A stretch of 46,363 bases of DNA from a virus (taxonomy: Duplodnaviria; Caudoviricetes), in IMG/VR virus record IMGVR_UViG_3300037851_001498, positions 1-46,363 of that record; one strand, given 5' to 3'. A model generated the notes under the pieces. That model was not told where the DNA came from and made no database searches. It saw nothing but the letters and a program-made list of their open reading frames with translations. Below are positions 43,514 through 46,363 of this stretch, piece by piece. Position 1 is the first letter of the stretch; every line of letters starts with the position of its first letter. The position numbers were made by a program, and so were the translations under genes.

Positions 43514-43693
43514 ATGCAGAAGATAACGGCGATCGATAAAACGTTTTCATGGCCGCTTGGCACCAACGTCGTTCGGTGCCCTCACTGCAACCGGCCGATG
43601 TCGTACCGCGATGACCGACCCTTTTGCCGGTGTGACCTGCGCATCGAGAAGAAGTCGTTTTCGTTCTCAAAGAAAAGGGGGAAGGCATGCTGA
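43514..43693 (+). CDS. Small zinc-ribbon protein (59 aa, not in ORF track)
   Basis: GGAGG-6nt-ATG; MQKITAIDKTFSWPLGTNVVRCPHCNRPMSYRDDRPFCRCD..; fills gap and overlaps nuclease start. Confidence 0.6.
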   Translation: MQKITAIDKTFSWPLGTNVVRCPHCNRPMSYRDDRPFCRCDLRIEKKSFSFSKKRGKAC

Positions 43694-44928
43694 TACTGCA
43701 TACTGGAGACTGGCATGTAAAAGACTCGGCCATCGATGAGTGCCGCAAGGTCCTGGGGCGCCTGGAAGCGGTGGCCCTCGACGAACAGCCGGACCTGATC
43801 ATCATCGCCGGAGACCTCACGCACCGGTTTGACACCCGCCTGGATACCGCCACGGCCCGCTTGATTGTCGATACGGTACTCGGGTTGTCATCCATTGCCC
43901 CCGTCGTCATCGTCGGCGGGACCCCGTTTCACGACGGGCGCACGCCCGAGCTGCTCACCCACCTGCGTTCCGACAAGGTCTATGTGCGGTGCGATTACCC
44001 CGGGCAGGTCTACCTGTACGGTGACCAGGTGGCCGATCCTGATATTCATGGAGCCGTGATCGAGGCCGCCGAAAAAGGCGGCATATTTCCGGATGCCGTG
44101 ATCTCCATCGTTCCGGCGCCCACCAAACGCTTCATCGAGATGGTTGGCACAATGCAGCAGGTCGACGGCCAGATTGTGGCCGGCATGTCGCTGATCATGG
44201 CCGACCTCGGCGCCCGGGCCGCTCAATACCGCGACATCCCGCATATCCTCATCGGCCATTGGTCCATCGGCGGCGCCTACACGTCAGAAACACAGCAGAT
44301 GATCGGCCGCGATATCGAGCTGCATCCCGATCACGTTCGGGCGGCCGCGGCAGACCTGGTGTGCCTTGGCCATATCCACCGCGCCCAGCGAGTAGGCAAT
44401 GACCCGTTCTTCTATTCAGGCTCCATCTATTCCCTGGATGCCGGGGAACTGGAGGATAAAGGATTTTACCTTCACGAGCTGGATGGAAAAAGCCTGGTCA
44501 ATTCGCGCTTCATCTCTGTAGGCGCTACCCGGCGCTTGGTGCTTTCCTATGACTGCGTTTCGAACGGCACGCGGCCCGGTGATGTGGTCGGCCTGATTTG
44601 CGACGTGCCGCATACCGCAATCAAAGACAGCTTGGTCAAGGTCACGGTCAAGGTGTGGACCGATGAAGTCGCCCAACTGGACTTTCAGCAAATAGAGACC
44701 CTGCTCAAGGAGAACAGTGCGGCCGGCTTTACGCCGAATCTGATCCGCGTTCCCCGCGAAACCGTTCGATGCTCTGAACTGCTTAAGTCCCAGACCTTGA
44801 TCGAAAAGTTGGAGCTGATGGCGAAGCTTCGCGGCGAGGATTTGCCGGCGGGGATCACGGAAAAAATCAGCATGATCGAGACGCACACCCCGGACGATGT
44901 CTTATCGCAGCTTCCGAAGGCGGTGTGA
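43687..44928 (+). CDS. sbcD: SbcD/Mre11-like metallophosphoesterase nuclease
   Basis: HTGDWH, IAGD, GTPFHD, GHW, LGHIH, YSGS motifs. Confidence 0.88.
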   Translation: MLILHTGDWHVKDSAIDECRKVLGRLEAVALDEQPDLIIIAGDLTHRFDTRLDTATARLIVDTVLGLSSIAPVVIVGGTPFHDGRTPELLTHLRSDKVYVRCDYPGQVYLYGDQVADPDIHGAVIEAAEKGGIFPDAVISIVPAPTKRFIEMVGTMQQVDGQIVAGMSLIMADLGARAAQYRDIPHILIGHWSIGGAYTSETQQMIGRDIELHPDHVRAAAADLVCLGHIHRAQRVGNDPFFYSGSIYSLDAGELEDKGFYLHELDGKSLVNSRFISVGATRRLVLSYDCVSNGTRPGDVVGLICDVPHTAIKDSLVKVTVKVWTDEVAQLDFQQIETLLKENSAAGFTPNLIRVPRETVRCSELLKSQTLIEKLELMAKLRGEDLPAGITEKISMIETHTPDDVLSQLPKAV

Positions 44929-45173
44929 TCATGGAAACCAGCATCATTGAGGATGTGCTCGAAATAAAGCGGCTGTCGGCCGCCATAATGGAGGGCGCCA
45001 CGGAAGAAGAGCAAAGGGTGACCGTCGTAAAGATGAAGTCCCGCCGCCCTGGCTGGTCGCGGAGCACGATTCCATATCCTCAATGCACCGGATGCTGCCC
45101 CGTTACTTCGGCATGGGGAGAAAAAGAGTGCCGGGTGATTTGTCCCGAAAAGTTCCCAAAGGAGGCGAGATGA
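44925..45173 (+). CDS. Small Cys-rich hypothetical protein
   Basis: 82 aa; CTGCCP..W...ECRVICPEKF; overlaps both neighbours. Confidence 0.5.
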   Translation: MIMETSIIEDVLEIKRLSAAIMEGATEEEQRVTVVKMKSRRPGWSRSTIPYPQCTGCCPVTSAWGEKECRVICPEKFPKEAR

Positions 45174-45673
45174 AGAAAGTATTCGCTATCGTAGCAATGG
45201 CCGCCGTCTCGGTAGGATGTTCGGGGTGGACCATAAACGGTATCGGCAGAGAGGATCTTCAAGGTGGCGATTTCATATCTGTGGCCGCCGGAGCTGCAAC
45301 GTCTTACCTGACGCATGCGAGTGCTCATGCCGTCATGGCTACAGCGGTGGGAGAGGATTGGCATTACGAAGGTTTTAGCGAGATCGTTGACGGCGAGTTG
45401 TCTAAGTCTGAAGGGCAATGGTTTGCCAGGGCAGGGTTTGTCGCCCAACTGCTGGTCGGGTGGATCATGAAAATTTGCGGCGCCGAGGGGCCATTCGCCA
45501 AAGGATATTACTTTGGCACCGCCTTTGAGATCGCGACCTACCCGGCCATGAATGAGTTGGCGGGCAATAAGGGCGACGATGTCCAGATGATCGATGATAA
45601 CGGCGGGAATGGCCATTTAGAATGGGGTGTCTATGCCGTTGCCGCGCTTGGCCTGATTGTCGAGAAGAAATAA
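45170..45673 (+). CDS. Membrane lipoprotein-like protein (167 aa)
   Basis: SD AAAGGAGG, ATG 45170; MKKVFAIVAMAAVSVGC lipobox-like; several hydrophobic segments; THASAH. Confidence 0.7.
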   Translation: MKKVFAIVAMAAVSVGCSGWTINGIGREDLQGGDFISVAAGAATSYLTHASAHAVMATAVGEDWHYEGFSEIVDGELSKSEGQWFARAGFVAQLLVGWIMKICGAEGPFAKGYYFGTAFEIATYPAMNELAGNKGDDVQMIDDNGGNGHLEWGVYAVAALGLIVEKK

Positions 45674-45694
45674 AAAACCAAAAGGAAGGAAAAT

Positions 45695-46363
45695 ATGGAA
45701 CTTTTAAGGCTAAAATTGCGCGGAGCGATTGGGTTGCGCGAAGGTTGCGGGCTTGAAGAGATCGACCTGAACCTTTCAGGACTCAATGGCATGATCGCCC
45801 TGGATGGCGACAATGGCCGCGGGAAGACGACCGTTTTGGACAACCTCCAGCCGTACCGATTCTTGCCGTCCCGAAAGAAGAAGTCCCTTCAGCATCACTT
45901 CTACCTCAAGGATTCGTTCCGTGATCTGGAGCTGGACTACAAGGGACACCAGTACCGCTTTTTGATCAAGATCGATCCTGAGCGCAACAAGCAAGAGGGG
46001 TTCGTCTACGTGGACGGCGCCGGCGAATCGGTGGTGACTGGAAAGGCCACCGAATACGATCGCTTCGTGGAAAGCTTGTTCGGCTCTGCTGAGCTGTTCC
46101 TCTCATCTGTCTTCTGTGCACAAAAAACAGACGATAGCACCATGAGCGCCGGTGACATGAAAAAGCAGTACGCCGAATTCCTGCGCCTGCACGAATTGCA
46201 AGCCTATGCCGAAACGTCAAAGCGCTGCGAGGGGATCGTCCTTGGGACCGTCGAGTCCATCGAAAAGCGCATCGAAAACGAGCAGCATAAGGCTTTCGGA
46301 CTATCGAATGCCAGGACCGACCTTGAGCACGTCCGGTCGGAAATCGAGCGCGGCGAAAAAGCG
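45695..46363 (+). CDS. sbcC: SbcC/Rad50-like SMC ATPase, N-terminal part (truncated by window)
   Basis: SD AAGGAAGGA; MELLRLKLRG..IALDGDNGRGKTT Walker A; SVFCAQ Q-loop; start of coiled coil. Confidence 0.85.
   Translation, partial: MELLRLKLRGAIGLREGCGLEEIDLNLSGLNGMIALDGDNGRGKTTVLDNLQPYRFLPSRKKKSLQHHFYLKDSFRDLELDYKGHQYRFLIKIDPERNKQEGFVYVDGAGESVVTGKATEYDRFVESLFGSAELFLSSVFCAQKTDDSTMSAGDMKKQYAEFLRLHELQAYAETSKRCEGIVLGTVESIEKRIENEQHKAFGLSNARTDLEHVRSEIERGEKA

Larger units (their letters stand above)
1..46363. mobile_element. Temperate podovirus-like (pro)phage region, both ends outside the window
   Basis: Contiguous terminase-portal-scaffold-capsid-tail-ejection module, cI/cro switch, replication and recombination genes; no host housekeeping genes; no att site or integrase seen. 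Confidence 0.93.

Overview
The whole window is phage DNA: most of a temperate podovirus-type (pro)phage with an N4-gp56/DUF4043-type major capsid, a P22-like portal and a Bcep22-like gene order. The host may be a Desulfobacterota-type Gram-negative bacterium, which is only an inference. The minus strand carries one long run (41.2 kb to 1): cro, tandem-RHH regulator, O/P-like replication genes with an iteron origin, RuvC-like resolvase, Ogr-like activator, terminator, terminase, portal, scaffold, capsid, adaptors and tail, GNAT, ejection proteins, a 5,097-aa polyvalent DarB-like protein, a cluster of signal-peptide-bearing fibre/FN3/M14 proteins, and membrane or lysis-type genes. The plus strand carries a cI-like repressor, a PAS-like protein and a small membrane protein, then a second repressed promoter driving an SbcCD-type recombination module that is cut off by the window edge. 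No integrase, canonical endolysin, tRNA, rRNA or CRISPR is visible. Four things stand out. (1) Small SD-led genes are overprinted in the +1 frame inside linkers of the giant protein, each next to an enzymatic domain. (2) A GGDEF (SGDEF) cyclase domain sits in a probably virion-ejected protein. (3) Sec/Tat-exported proteins occupy the tail-fibre position. (4) A protease-less repressor is coupled to a stand-alone PAS-like protein between twin promoters carrying 434-like operators. All product calls come from motif recognition by eye, with no database searches.
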